A stretch of DNA of 64,000 nucleotides from Rhodospirillaceae bacterium (GTDB lineage Bacteria; Pseudomonadota; Alphaproteobacteria; Thalassobaculales; Thalassobaculaceae): NCBI GenBank assembly GCA_002708305.1, contig PANE01000027.1, positions 24,244 to 88,243 of the forward strand, given 5' to 3'. A program made the position numbers and the translations under genes. The first letter of the stretch is position 1, and each line of letters starts with the position of its first letter. Below the pieces are notes generated by a model. That model was given only the letters and a program-made list of their open reading frames with translations. It had not been told where the DNA came from and ran no database searches. This document shows positions 18,571 through 28,552 of the stretch, piece by piece.

Positions 18571-20394
18571 CTAGGCGTTTACTGCCTGCCGAGAATGCCT
18601 TTTTCTTTCATGCATATCTAAATAGCGCTTCCGTAATCTAATAACCTTTGGTGTCACCTCAACTAACTCATCGTCAGCGATGTATGCTACAGCCTTCTCT
18701 AACGTCATCTTTATTGGGGGAGTAAGGTCTATCGCATCATCTTTTCCTGAGGCCCTGAAATTAGTGAGCTGTTTTGCTTTTAGTGGATTAACTTCTAGAT
18801 CATTACCTTTATTATGTTCCCCAATTATCATTCCGCCATATACGTCATCGCCGGCTCCAATCATAAGCAATCCTCTATCCTCCAAATTAAAGAGTGCATA
18901 ACCGGCAGCACGGCCTTTTTCCAGTGAAATAAGCACTCCTGTCCGCCTCGCAGGTATTGTCCCCTTAAATGGCCCGTATGAGTCGAACAGTCTATTCATT
19001 ACGCCGGTTCCTCGGGTCTGGGTCATAAAATCACCATGGTAGCCTATAAGACCTCGGGAAGGGCACAGGAATATAAGTCTTTGCTTGCCTCCACCTGATG
19101 GTCTCATATCCTGCAGGGTTGCCTTGCGCATAGATAGAGCTTCAACGACAGCACCAGTATATTCTTCATCAACATCGATTACTACCTCTTCAATTGGCTC
19201 TAGTCTTTGGCCAGTGTCAGGTTCTGTTTGAAAAAGTACTCGCGGGCGGCTGATAGACATTTCATAACCTTCTCGGCGCATCTGTTCGATGAGAACTGCT
19301 AATTGCAATTCACCTCGTCCAGAGACTTCAAAGGCGTCCTTTCCTGGTGCCTCAGTTACTTTAATTGCTACATTACCTTCTGCCTCACGCATTAATCTAT
19401 CGCGAAGCATTCTTGAGGTTACTTTATCTCCATCATTGCCAGCAAATGGGCTGTCATTTATTGAAAAAGTAACGGCTATTGTTGATGGGTCAATAGGTGA
19501 TGCTTTTATCGGTGTCTGTACCTTTGGATCCGCAATAGTGTCTGAGACGGTTGTTGCTGATAAGCCGGCGACCGCGACAATGTCACCAGCCTTAGCAAAC
19601 TCTAGTGGGGTTCTCTCCAGCCCGTCGAAAGCTAAAACTTTAGTGATTCGTGTCTGTTCAAGTACCTCGCCGGTCCTTGAGAGAGATTTTACCGTCATAT
19701 TTGGCTTTACTTCTCCAGCGGTTATCCGACCTGTCAAAACCCTTCCAAGGTAAGGGTCGTATTCCAGAGTAGTAACCAGCATTTGGAAAGGGGAATTATT
19801 ATCTATAATTGGAGAAGGTACATGTTCGACTATCTTCTCAAACAGTGGCGTCATATTATCTCCGAGTTTATCGGGTGTTTCAGATGCCCAGCCCATCTTT
19901 GCTGATGAAAAAAGCGTTGGAAAGTCCAATTGTTCATCGTTGGCATCAAGACTACTGAATAAGTCAAACATCTCATCTTGTACCTCGTAGCCACGTTGTT
20001 CGGGCTTATCCACTTTATTAACAACAACGATCGGTCGCAAACCTAATTTTAATGCTTTAGCTAGAACGAATTTTGTTTGAGGCATAGCTCCTTCAGAGGC
20101 GTCAACAAGTACTAGAACACCATCAACCATAGATAGAATACGCTCCACTTCGCCACCAAAATCTGCATGGCCAGGTGTATCAACAATATTTATGCGGACA
20201 CCATTCCAGTTCACCGAGGTGCACTTAGCAAGGATAGTTATCCCTCGTTCGCGTTCAAGGTCATTAGAGTCCATAGCGCGTTCTTGAATTTTTTGATTAT
20301 CGCGAAAAGTTCCCGATTGTTTCAACAGAACATCGACAAGGGTCGTTTTCCCGTGATCTACATGGGCTATTATAGCAATATTACGAAGTTCCAT
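18571..20394 (-). CDS. typA: translational GTPase TypA/BipA
   Basis: 607 aa. G-motifs [17 protein letters not shown] and NKVD, with full-length EF-G-like architecture. Confidence 0.95.
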   Translation of the reverse strand: MELRNIAIIAHVDHGKTTLVDVLLKQSGTFRDNQKIQERAMDSNDLERERGITILAKCTSVNWNGVRINIVDTPGHADFGGEVERILSMVDGVLVLVDASEGAMPQTKFVLAKALKLGLRPIVVVNKVDKPEQRGYEVQDEMFDLFSSLDANDEQLDFPTLFSSAKMGWASETPDKLGDNMTPLFEKIVEHVPSPIIDNNSPFQMLVTTLEYDPYLGRVLTGRITAGEVKPNMTVKSLSRTGEVLEQTRITKVLAFDGLERTPLEFAKAGDIVAVAGLSATTVSDTIADPKVQTPIKASPIDPSTIAVTFSINDSPFAGNDGDKVTSRMLRDRLMREAEGNVAIKVTEAPGKDAFEVSGRGELQLAVLIEQMRREGYEMSISRPRVLFQTEPDTGQRLEPIEEVVIDVDEEYTGAVVEALSMRKATLQDMRPSGGGKQRLIFLCPSRGLIGYHGDFMTQTRGTGVMNRLFDSYGPFKGTIPARRTGVLISLEKGRAAGYALFNLEDRGLLMIGAGDDVYGGMIIGEHNKGNDLEVNPLKAKQLTNFRASGKDDAIDLTPPIKMTLEKAVAYIADDELVEVTPKVIRLRKRYLDMHERKRHSRQAVNA

Positions 20395-20626
20395 TTTCGT
20401 TAGGACCTTTAATGGTTGTTTGAATTTGGTTGTAAACAGTGATTTATATTAAACAGTTTGAGGGTTAGAGAATTGTGTCTCAATGCAAAGAAATATCAGC
20501 AGCGTATAAAAGGTTTGTAACTTCAGAGTCTAGAGTGTGTTTAATGACGCGGTAGATAACTGAAAAATGAATGATTTGAAACAAAAAAATTTTTCGATAA
20601 TTCAATCTAATTAATAAGAGACAAAA

Positions 20627-20971
20627 ATGAATAATTTAGAGAGTTACTTAAAATATGAATTTCACGCGCATGTTTATTACTGCCGTGATACGTTTAAGGA
20701 AGCAAAATCTCTTATTGAAGAGATAAGCAGAAAGTTTTCTTTCGAAATCGGTACAATGCATGAAAAACCTGTAGGGCCTCATCCATTATGGAGTTGCCAG
20801 GTGAAGTTTTATAGGGACGATTTTGGTCCTTTTGTACAATGGCTAATTTTAAATAGGGGAAAATTAAATATTTTCATACATTTATGTACGGACAACAATA
20901 TTGCCGATCACACAGAATATGTTTGCTGGCTAGGTGAGTCTCAATCTCTAAAATTGGATATTTTTGACTGA
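20627..20971 (+). CDS. DOPA 4,5-dioxygenase family protein
   Basis: 114 aa. FHAHVYY, PVGPHPLWSCQV, LILNRGKLNIFIH and DHTEYVCWLG match my recollection of the bacterial DOPA_dioxygen family. Confidence 0.65.
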   Translation: MNNLESYLKYEFHAHVYYCRDTFKEAKSLIEEISRKFSFEIGTMHEKPVGPHPLWSCQVKFYRDDFGPFVQWLILNRGKLNIFIHLCTDNNIADHTEYVCWLGESQSLKLDIFD

Positions 20972-20972
20972 G

Positions 20973-21722
20973 TTACTTTTTCTTTTTCATTTTATTATTT
21001 GAAATGATTCTTTCTGGAAAAAAATCTAAACAAACTTTCAATTTTTCCGTTGTCATCCCTGGTGCTTCACTGCATTCAATGTAAAGGTCTCGACATTCGG
21101 TGTAGTTATTATCTGTCGATGTAAATCGTAGATCTTCGCAAATTTCCGTGAAACGTTTGGCTAGCGTAACAAATGATGATCCCGAGTCACCCTGAACAGT
21201 ATCTGTTCTTTTGTTCAAAGGTTGTACACGTAAAAATTGAGCAATAGCTTCGTTAGCTCGATTAAGTGGTATTTCTGCAAGGCCTTTTTCTCCCATTAAA
21301 GACCAGTATTTTATGTAAATATTCTCGCCAAGCATCATTTGCCTCATAACTGGAGGAATAAACCCCGGTGTTGCTGAGCCCCAAACAATAAATTCAATTT
21401 GTTTCCCGCTTTGTTTGTAAAGAGTTGGGTTAAATCCAATTTCCAATTTCTTCAATTGTTCTAATTCGATAGGGTCAAAGTTATCCACCCAAAAAGTGGG
21501 AAGCTTATTTTTAGTCAATTGTTTTCTCATCGATCGCGGGAGCCTAAACCGTGCCCAAATACTGTTATCTTTCTTTCGGAAGATATGAAGACGAAAACCG
21601 GCGCGTGTTAATACTCTTGCCTCTATAAAAGGTTTTTTACTTACAGGGTCTGTTAGCACTTCAACAAACCATTGCACGCGCGCGGCATAAGCGGTTTCGT
21701 TAAATAGCGTAAGCAAAACCAT
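20973..21722 (-). CDS. hypothetical protein with Cys-containing C-terminal region and lysine tail
   Basis: 249-aa ORF with no family I recognise. The short hydrophobic N-terminus ends in AYA-A. Four Cys lie in the last 60 residues and the protein ends KMKKKK. Confidence 0.5.
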   Translation of the reverse strand: MVLLTLFNETAYAARVQWFVEVLTDPVSKKPFIEARVLTRAGFRLHIFRKKDNSIWARFRLPRSMRKQLTKNKLPTFWVDNFDPIELEQLKKLEIGFNPTLYKQSGKQIEFIVWGSATPGFIPPVMRQMMLGENIYIKYWSLMGEKGLAEIPLNRANEAIAQFLRVQPLNKRTDTVQGDSGSSFVTLAKRFTEICEDLRFTSTDNNYTECRDLYIECSEAPGMTTEKLKVCLDFFPERIISNNKMKKKK

Positions 21723-21854
21723 TAAATTAAAAACAAAAAAGCAGGAGTAGTAAATAACTCGGAACAGGTTCTTTCCTCCAGTATATTAATAACTTTACAT
21801 AAATATATGTTATAATGATCTTAAATACGAGATGACAGGATAGTTTTATTCGAT

Positions 21855-22649
21855 ATGTTAAAGATTGTTTTATTAATTCTAACAGCGTACCTAGCCTTAG
21901 TTGCACTGTTATTTATCTTCCAAAGAAATATACTTTTTGTCCCAGGTAAATCAGCACCGTTAACCGAAGGTTCCCTGGTGCCAGAAGCGGAAGACATTTC
22001 GTTGAGGACAACTGATGGACTTATTCTTCATTCATGGTTTTTTAAAGGAAAAAAGGCAAAGCCACTTATTTTATACTTCCAAGGAAATACTGGGACTATT
22101 GCGGATAGAGATAAAAAAGCTCGTCATTTTATGGATTTAGGTTACAGCTTTTTATTTGTTGGTTACCGCGGATATGGAGGTAACTCGGGAACCCCAAGCG
22201 AGAAAGGGTTTAATCTAGATGCGAATGCGGCCATTGCATTTGCTATCAATGAGGGCTTTAATTCAAATGAAATAGTTCTTTATGGGGAGTCGCTTGGCAC
22301 TGGTGTAGCTATAAATTTGGCACAAAAAACTCGGGTGTTATCTGTAATATTGGAAGCACCCTATACATCGATCGCAAAAGTGGCATCGGAACGTTATTGG
22401 TTCGTGCCTGTGGATTATCTGTTAAAAGATAGATTTGATTCTATATCTAAAATTAAAGACCTCAATATACCATTATTAATCTTACATGGAGACAAAGACC
22501 AAGTTATTGATTTGAAGCATGGTAAAGAATTGTTCGAGCAAGCTTCAGAGCCGAAATATATGCATATATTTAAAGGCGCAAACCATTCTAATCTGTATGA
22601 CTACAATGCCATTGACGTTGTTGATTCTTTTCTTGTGAATAAAAACTAG
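21855..22649 (+). CDS. alpha/beta hydrolase with N-terminal membrane anchor
   Basis: 264 aa. Hydrophobic N-terminus, nucleophile elbow GESLGTG, and a late HGDKD..NH segment consistent with a Ser-Asp-His triad. Confidence 0.8.
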   Translation: MLKIVLLILTAYLALVALLFIFQRNILFVPGKSAPLTEGSLVPEAEDISLRTTDGLILHSWFFKGKKAKPLILYFQGNTGTIADRDKKARHFMDLGYSFLFVGYRGYGGNSGTPSEKGFNLDANAAIAFAINEGFNSNEIVLYGESLGTGVAINLAQKTRVLSVILEAPYTSIAKVASERYWFVPVDYLLKDRFDSISKIKDLNIPLLILHGDKDQVIDLKHGKELFEQASEPKYMHIFKGANHSNLYDYNAIDVVDSFLVNKN

Positions 22650-22652
22650 TGT

Positions 22653-23072
22653 TTATTCCCCTTTTGATAAGAAAGCTTTTCTAATTGCAACAAATGGTAA
22701 TAGTACACATTCGTGGCGCGAAGTTACTTCTTTAACTGGTTCAAATACAGACAACTGTGCCCATGGCGGATTGTCTGAGTTCCCAGATAGATAGTTCCGT
22801 AACCCAGTCTCAGCGTCTTGTATCGCAGAGAAAGTTTGTTGAGGGGCGTTTATTGCAAGCACTTCCGATGCAGCTTCGCATAGCGCACATCCTCGTACAG
22901 TGACCCCTATATTTTCAATAATACTTTTCTTTAAAACAAGATCAATCGTTACCCGGTCTCCACAAAGAGGGTTATCCACTTTGGCTGTTAATTCAGGATT
23001 AGTTAATGCAGATCTCTGTTTTGATTGTCGCGCAAGAGTGATGATTTGTTCTTGGTATAATTTTTCCAACAT
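22653..23072 (-). CDS. NifU/IscU/SufU-like Fe-S cluster scaffold protein
   Basis: 139 aa with three conserved Cys contexts: NPLCGDRV, RGCALCEAAS and RHECVLLP. Last gene of the cox maturation operon, 7 nt after the preceding gene. Confidence 0.7.
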   Translation of the reverse strand: MLEKLYQEQIITLARQSKQRSALTNPELTAKVDNPLCGDRVTIDLVLKKSIIENIGVTVRGCALCEAASEVLAINAPQQTFSAIQDAETGLRNYLSGNSDNPPWAQLSVFEPVKEVTSRHECVLLPFVAIRKAFLSKGE

Positions 23073-23079
23073 AACTTAT

Positions 23080-24732
23080 TTATTCCAACTTAGTTTCTTG
23101 GGAGGTGAATGAGTCGAGAGCCTCTGGTGTATCGATATCGATAACAACCCCTTCATCAGTCATTTCCACTTCTACAACTAATTCAGCATACTTTACCATT
23201 AATTCTTTAGCTCCAAAATCTCCTTTAAGGGTTAGAATTTCAGAGAAAAACTGCCGTGACCATAAAACAGGGTTTCCTCTTTTTCCCTGCCAGGTTGGCA
23301 CACAAATCGCACGCCCCTCAATAGGATTGAACGCCTCTATAAGTTGATTAATGGCTGCTACGGTAATCTTTGGCATGTCACCAAGGCAAATTAAAATTGC
23401 AGAACAGTCCTTGGGGGCGGATTTTACAGCGGTGACTACTGACGAGCTTATGCCATCTTTAAAATATTTATTGTGAACTAATTCAATATTTAAACCCTTT
23501 AATACCTCCTCTAATTTTTTTGACTGAAAACCGGTTACAGTCACAAGTGTATTAGCTTTTGAAGCAACAATAGCCTCCGCTGTTATCGCGATCATCGGTT
23601 TTCCATTTATAGGAGCTAATAGCTTATTTGTTATACCCATTCGCTTTGATTGTCCTCCTGCAAGAATCACAGCATGAATTTTGTCAAAATCAGGATGGGT
23701 CTTGATTACACTTTGATTGGGTTGACTAGCTTTTGCTCGGGGTAGGGGTCTTGTAAGAATATCTTTGAGTAAACCGCCACTTCCCATTCGCATTATATCG
23801 AGCCCATCTAAGGGCATATTGGCCAATATTCGCTGTAGGACCCAATCAAAACCATTTAATTTAGGTGATCGGGCGCAGCCAGGTATACCAATGACATCTA
23901 TATTGCTAATTGCACCTAAAAGCAGAAGGTTTCCCGGATCGACAGGCATACCAAAATGCTTCACTTTCCCTCCAGATTTTTCAATCGCTGCTGGTACAAC
24001 ATCTCTGCGATCAACTACAGCAGAAGCCCCGGATATTAAAATTAATTCTGCTTTTTTCTCGACAGCACGAATAATAAGCTCGGTTAATGAATGTTGATTA
24101 TGTTCACATCGTGCTTCATCGAGGGTTGATATACCAAGATTTTGCAGACGCAAACTGGTTGCTTTCATAGTTGAATCCAAAACAGTTTCTTTTGTTCCAG
24201 GTAACCTGGATTGTATTAAGGTAACTTTCTTCTTTTGGTAGGGAGTGATAGAGAGCAATTTTTCGGAATTTTGTGTCTGAACTTCCATTTGGCGCACGAG
24301 GTGCTGCGATATAGCGAATGGGATAATTTTTAATGTCGCTACCATTTGACCTTTTATGACATGTTGCATGGGTGGCAGAGACCCTAAAGTGATTGACTCA
24401 TCAATTGAATTAAAATTATTTAAGTTTTGGGGGTTATAAATTAATAGACCTGGTATTCCTGCAAAAAGATTACACCGTCCTGTAAATGCATTGCCTTTAA
24501 TCAGATTGGGGCCTGCGATTAGTGTAGCTAACTCATCAGCTGCCAAATCCTCATTCAAGTCGCCTTCCTCAAGTTTTGCGCATACAATTTTTTGGTATCC
24601 AAACTCTTTTAGAAACCATAAGTCAGCTTGTGTTAAGATTGTTCCTTTTTTCAACGCCTTGTTTGGCAACCTGAGACTATGAGCAAGTATTGCTCCGAGA
24701 GCATCACTCAAATGGTATTCTGAGAATTTCAT
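23080..24732 (-). CDS. fusion of a molybdopterin-binding (MoeA/CinA-like MoCF) domain with a MobA/MocA-like nucleotidyltransferase
   Basis: 550 aa. The central region has LILISGASAV..DRRDVVP (MoCF-binding type). The C-terminal 200 aa has AVILAGGQSKRMG..NKLL and GDMP, typical of MobA/MocA. Confidence 0.75.
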   Translation of the reverse strand: MKFSEYHLSDALGAILAHSLRLPNKALKKGTILTQADLWFLKEFGYQKIVCAKLEEGDLNEDLAADELATLIAGPNLIKGNAFTGRCNLFAGIPGLLIYNPQNLNNFNSIDESITLGSLPPMQHVIKGQMVATLKIIPFAISQHLVRQMEVQTQNSEKLLSITPYQKKKVTLIQSRLPGTKETVLDSTMKATSLRLQNLGISTLDEARCEHNQHSLTELIIRAVEKKAELILISGASAVVDRRDVVPAAIEKSGGKVKHFGMPVDPGNLLLLGAISNIDVIGIPGCARSPKLNGFDWVLQRILANMPLDGLDIMRMGSGGLLKDILTRPLPRAKASQPNQSVIKTHPDFDKIHAVILAGGQSKRMGITNKLLAPINGKPMIAITAEAIVASKANTLVTVTGFQSKKLEEVLKGLNIELVHNKYFKDGISSSVVTAVKSAPKDCSAILICLGDMPKITVAAINQLIEAFNPIEGRAICVPTWQGKRGNPVLWSRQFFSEILTLKGDFGAKELMVKYAELVVEVEMTDEGVVIDIDTPEALDSFTSQETKLE

Positions 24733-24742
24733 GGTGCTGAAC

Positions 24743-25450
24743 TCAAATCTCTCTGGTGTAAGGTAGTCGTCCGTGTAATGAAGCCGTCAGTTCTGCCAAA
24801 ATCGAAATTGCAATTTCAGATGGTGAAATCGCACCAATATCGAGCCCTGCTGGTCCATTAATTCTTTGAAGTTGTTGTTCGTCAAAACCCTCACTTTTTA
24901 GTCTTTCTAATCTTTTTCCGTGTGTTCTCGTCCCACCAAGGGAAGCTATATAAAAAGCCTTTGTTTTTAGTGCTTCTATAAGCGCTGGGTCATCGAGTTT
25001 AGGATCGTGGGTCAAGGTTACGATAGCAGTGCGAGTATCTGGTTTTAATTGTGTAATGGCTTCATCTGGCCATTCATCTAACAGGCTTATTTCTGGAAAG
25101 CGTAAAGGAGTAGCAAAAGAGGCGCGGGGATCAACAACTGTGACGTCAAAACCTGCTACGCTAGCCATAGGAGCCAGAAATTGGGCGATATGCACCGCAC
25201 CAATAATTATTAATCGAAGGGATGGAGTGAAAACATTTACAAAGAATTTAGCATCTGAGATTAAGCAACTCTTATTATCTTTAATCGACTTTTTAATAGT
25301 ATCTATCTCTGAAGCCGTAAAGACATGCGCATTCTCATTTTCCCCTTCTGCAAATGCCCATTGGGTTCCATCAGCGATGTTAGTGATAATTGCTAGTGGT
25401 TGTTTCTTAATTCTTGAAGAAAGAATGGTGTTTAGAATCTCTTTTTTCAT
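24743..25450 (-). CDS. XdhC/CoxI-family Mo-cofactor insertion chaperone (Rossmann-domain protein)
   Basis: 235 aa. LIIIGAVHIAQFLAPMA, VTVVDPR and PAGLDIGA are typical of XdhC. Confidence 0.8.
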   Translation of the reverse strand: MKKEILNTILSSRIKKQPLAIITNIADGTQWAFAEGENENAHVFTASEIDTIKKSIKDNKSCLISDAKFFVNVFTPSLRLIIIGAVHIAQFLAPMASVAGFDVTVVDPRASFATPLRFPEISLLDEWPDEAITQLKPDTRTAIVTLTHDPKLDDPALIEALKTKAFYIASLGGTRTHGKRLERLKSEGFDEQQLQRINGPAGLDIGAISPSEIAISILAELTASLHGRLPYTREI

Positions 25451-25456
25451 GACGGA

Positions 25457-25798
25457 TTATGATTCAATGCGTTCGACAAAAACGCGGACTGAGCCTCCAC
25501 AGGCTAAACCTACCTCCCAGGCATCCTCATTAGATACCCCAAATTCTAAAGTTCTAGGTGAACCAAGTTCCATCACCTCGAAGGCTTGTTTTGCAACTGC
25601 GCCTTCTATACAGCCACCAGAGACGGATCCTACCAGTTCTCCTTTATCGTTTATCCCCAACTGGCTACCAACTGGACGAGGTGAACTACCCCAAGTATCT
25701 ATAACGGTCGCTAATGCCGCCTTATGACCACTTTTAGTCCAATTTGATATCGTCGTTAAGACATCATCGTTCAATAATGCATTAAATTTTTCTTCCAT
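25457..25798 (-). CDS. XdhC/CoxI-family protein (N-terminal-domain-only form)
   Basis: 113 aa. ATVIDTWGSSPRPVGSQL and VGSVSGGCIEG are typical of the XdhC_CoxI domain. There is 1 nt between the coxE stop and its start. Confidence 0.75.
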   Translation of the reverse strand: MEEKFNALLNDDVLTTISNWTKSGHKAALATVIDTWGSSPRPVGSQLGINDKGELVGSVSGGCIEGAVAKQAFEVMELGSPRTLEFGVSNEDAWEVGLACGGSVRVFVERIES

Positions 25799-25799
25799 C

Positions 25800-27101
25800 T
25801 CATTCTACCTCGTGATTAATTCCTAGTTCTACTTCATTTAGTTTTTTTATCCATCCTGTCATTTGGCTTTTATCATTTAAATGATTTTTCCCAAGAGCCT
25901 CGGCTAATTCAGCGAGGCTATTTAAAGAATGAACTGGCCTGAACTCATCAACATAAGGCAAAATTGCTCTAACTCCCATGGACTTTGGCGAAAATTGATC
26001 AAATCGCAACAATGGATTCAACCATATAAGACGATTGCACGAACGTTTTATTTTATCAACTTCTTTGCTCAACCCAATGCCAGCATCTCTGTCTAAACCG
26101 TCAGAAATTAACAACACAATCGATCCTCTGCTTAATACGCGTCGCGCCCAGCGAAGATTAAAATCATGGAGGCATTCACCTATTCGAGTGCCTCCGGACC
26201 AGTCATTCACAGCTTGGCTTGCTTTTTCTAATGAGTCGTCCACATCTTTATTTCTTAAATACCGCGTTACATTTGTTAAACGTGTACCGAATAGGAAAGT
26301 ATGGACTTCCGATCGAGCATTTGTGATTGTGTGCATGAAATGCAACAACATACGGGAGTAACGGGTCATAGAGCCGGAAATATCGCACAATGCAATAAGG
26401 GCAGGGGGTTTAGTGCGAATTCTTTTGTATTTTAATGGTATATCATCTCCAGCTCGTTTTAATGAAGCGCGTAAAGTATTTTGAAGATCTACGATGCCAC
26501 TGGATGCATTTAACATGTATCGTCTGCTTGGAATTTCCTTTAACGGAAGTATTAATCGCGAGATTGCAATACGAGCTGTTTCTAATTCAATCGCGGTCAT
26601 TTTCTCAAAATCTATATCTTGTAGGATTTCTGTATTTGAGAAAGTCATTACAGCATCTAATTCTATTTCTTGCTCTCCGATGTCAGCCTTGTTTTGCTGT
26701 TTTTGGTTATCTTCTTGATTTAAAGCGTCGCTGACCCGTCTAATAATTTCTTTATCATTTGTTTTGGGGCCCCCTGTTTTAAATGTGGGTAAAACCATCT
26801 GCATCATTCTTTCTAGAAGATGCGGATTTTTCCAAAATATGTGAAATGCTTGATCAAATATTTCCCTGTGTTCTCTGCGATTCACATACACGGCGTGAAG
26901 TGTCCAATAAAATATTTCACGATCTGTAATGCCTATTTGTGCAACAGATTTGGTAGCCATAATGATTTGACCAGGCCCGATTGGAAGCCCAGCTGCTCGC
27001 AAAACTCTGCCAAAATTCATTATATTTTCTGGCAGTCGACCTTCATCTTTTTTCATTGATATTTCTTTATTTGAGTCTCGGGGTCCCATTTGGTTTCTCA
27101 T
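25800..27101 (-). CDS. coxE: VWA-domain protein CoxE
   Basis: 433 aa. VWA MIDAS context LCDISGSM, then WSGGTRIG and LLISDGLD. Its start overlaps the coxD stop by 1 nt. Confidence 0.85.
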   Translation of the reverse strand: MRNQMGPRDSNKEISMKKDEGRLPENIMNFGRVLRAAGLPIGPGQIIMATKSVAQIGITDREIFYWTLHAVYVNRREHREIFDQAFHIFWKNPHLLERMMQMVLPTFKTGGPKTNDKEIIRRVSDALNQEDNQKQQNKADIGEQEIELDAVMTFSNTEILQDIDFEKMTAIELETARIAISRLILPLKEIPSRRYMLNASSGIVDLQNTLRASLKRAGDDIPLKYKRIRTKPPALIALCDISGSMTRYSRMLLHFMHTITNARSEVHTFLFGTRLTNVTRYLRNKDVDDSLEKASQAVNDWSGGTRIGECLHDFNLRWARRVLSRGSIVLLISDGLDRDAGIGLSKEVDKIKRSCNRLIWLNPLLRFDQFSPKSMGVRAILPYVDEFRPVHSLNSLAELAEALGKNHLNDKSQMTGWIKKLNEVELGINHEVE

Positions 27102-28024
27102 TAACCAACTTGGGTCATGGATAATTCGGATCGCACTTCAGTCAGCAATAAGTTTGCCTCGCTTCCCTGTATTTTTGCAATATCCTCCTGGTACTTTAGA
27201 AGCACTCCCAAAGTGCTGTCGATAGAATTTGGGTCTAAGGATAGGTGGTCTAGTTGAACCAGCGCATGCGCCCAATCAATAGTCTCAGCCACACCTGGTT
27301 GTTTGAAAAGGTCGGTTTGCCTCAGTTTCTGTACAAACAGTACTATCTGTTTTCTTAGAATTTCTGGTGCCTCAGGCGCTTTAATTTTGAGTATTTCTAG
27401 CTCTCGGATTGCATCAGGGTAATCAACCCAATGATAAAAACATCGGCGCTTAAGCGCATCATGTATCTCTCTGGTCCGATTTGAGGTAATTATGACAATC
27501 GGTGGGGATTTAGCCTTGATCAGTCCCATTTCTGGAATTGTGATTTGATACTCGGATAGTATCTCAAGTAAATAAGCCTCGAACGGAGCATCGGTTCTGT
27601 CTAATTCATCGATAAGTAGAACAGGTGGGCCGAGCGGATCGGTTTCAAGTGCTCTCAACAAAGGACGTTTTATCATAAATTCAGATGTGTAAAGGTCTTT
27701 GGATAAAGATTTCTGATCTGTTCTTCCTGTTATCTCTGCTAGTCTAATCTCTAACATTTGACGGGAGTAGTTCCATTCGAAAACCGCAGAGTTGACATCT
27801 AAGCCTTCATAACACTGCAACCGAATCAGGTTTCTATTCAAGCTAGCAGCTAAAACCTTTGCTATTTCTGTCTTCCCAACACCGGCTTCACCTTCTAGGA
27901 AAAGTGGTCTATTAAGAGTAAGGGCTAAATATAACGCAGTAGATAAAGAGTTATCTGCAATGTATGAATTTTTTATGAGTAATTCTTCAACTTCTGATAC
28001 GGAGTTAATAGACATAAGTGTCAT
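27101..28024 (-). CDS. coxD: MoxR-like AAA+ ATPase CoxD
   Basis: 307 aa. Walker A GEAGVGKT and Walker B LLIDELDR. MoxR-type, paired with the VWA gene. Confidence 0.9.
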   Translation of the reverse strand: MTLMSINSVSEVEELLIKNSYIADNSLSTALYLALTLNRPLFLEGEAGVGKTEIAKVLAASLNRNLIRLQCYEGLDVNSAVFEWNYSRQMLEIRLAEITGRTDQKSLSKDLYTSEFMIKRPLLRALETDPLGPPVLLIDELDRTDAPFEAYLLEILSEYQITIPEMGLIKAKSPPIVIITSNRTREIHDALKRRCFYHWVDYPDAIRELEILKIKAPEAPEILRKQIVLFVQKLRQTDLFKQPGVAETIDWAHALVQLDHLSLDPNSIDSTLGVLLKYQEDIAKIQGSEANLLLTEVRSELSMTQVG

Positions 28025-28283
28025 TCTACTTTCTAGCCTTAATGAAGGACCTTGGATGATCGATTTAAGTCTTAATTATAATAAAATATAGATAATGATT
28101 CGTAATATTTAATTTAAGTCCTAGGTGTTAAAAATACAGTATAAAAACTTTATAGGAAAACTATTCTTATCTCATCTCGAGCAACATTCTTGAATGCAGT
28201 CCGTTAAGACGGATTTTGTTATCATTAATAAAATTTAATTTTTGAAGAATGAATTTCCTAAAAATAAATTGTTTCAAATATGC

Positions 28284-28460
28284 CATGGAGACATTTTCCT
28301 ATTCAAGTGATCCCTGACCAGTCATTAACAGCTCGGCTGGCTTTTTCTAACGAGTGCTCCACATCTTGAACTTTTAAACACGACGCGACATTTGGTAAAC
28401 GTGTTCCTAATAAGAAAGTATGAACTTCCCATCGAGCATTTGCGAGTATGTGCATGATAG
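28284..28460 (-). pseudogene. coxE-derived gene fragment (relic)
   Basis: Aligns without gaps to coxE nt 26165..26338. I counted 24 mismatches in the 141 nt from 28317..28457 against 26198..26338. It encodes ..NARWEVHTFLLGTRL..SLEKASRAVNDWSG. TGA replaces the CGA codon of coxE, and similarity continues past that stop (IGKCLH vs IGECLH). Confidence 0.7.
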
Positions 28461-28552
28461 GATATTGATAACTCTTGTTGAGATAAGGATAGAAAGCCTT
28501 CATCAGCTTCTGGGTCGGAAAGATCCGGGTCTAGGTTATAAACCTAAATCTG

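Noticed and set aside
25029-25727. A 232-aa + strand ORF spanning the two xdhC genes in antisense.
   Set aside because: It crosses the boundary between two well-supported minus-strand genes. Its composition is low-complexity (S/T/P/A-rich), and it has no recognisable domain or Shine-Dalgarno.
25800-28024. The MoxR-AAA+ / VWA gene pair, considered as a possible stand-alone defence-like or stress module.
   Set aside because: The pair is translationally coupled to the xdhC and MocA-type genes and adjacent to coxSLM. This is the classical coxD-coxE maturation context.
28198-28220. A small hairpin (AGTCCGT-TAAG-ACGGATT) followed by TTTGTT on the + strand, resembling an orphan intrinsic terminator or sRNA 3' end in the coxD upstream spacer.
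   Set aside because: The stem is short, with a G-U pair. No + strand gene or promoter is evident upstream, and AT-rich spacers produce such structures by chance. It would only merit attention if RNA-seq shows a discrete transcript.
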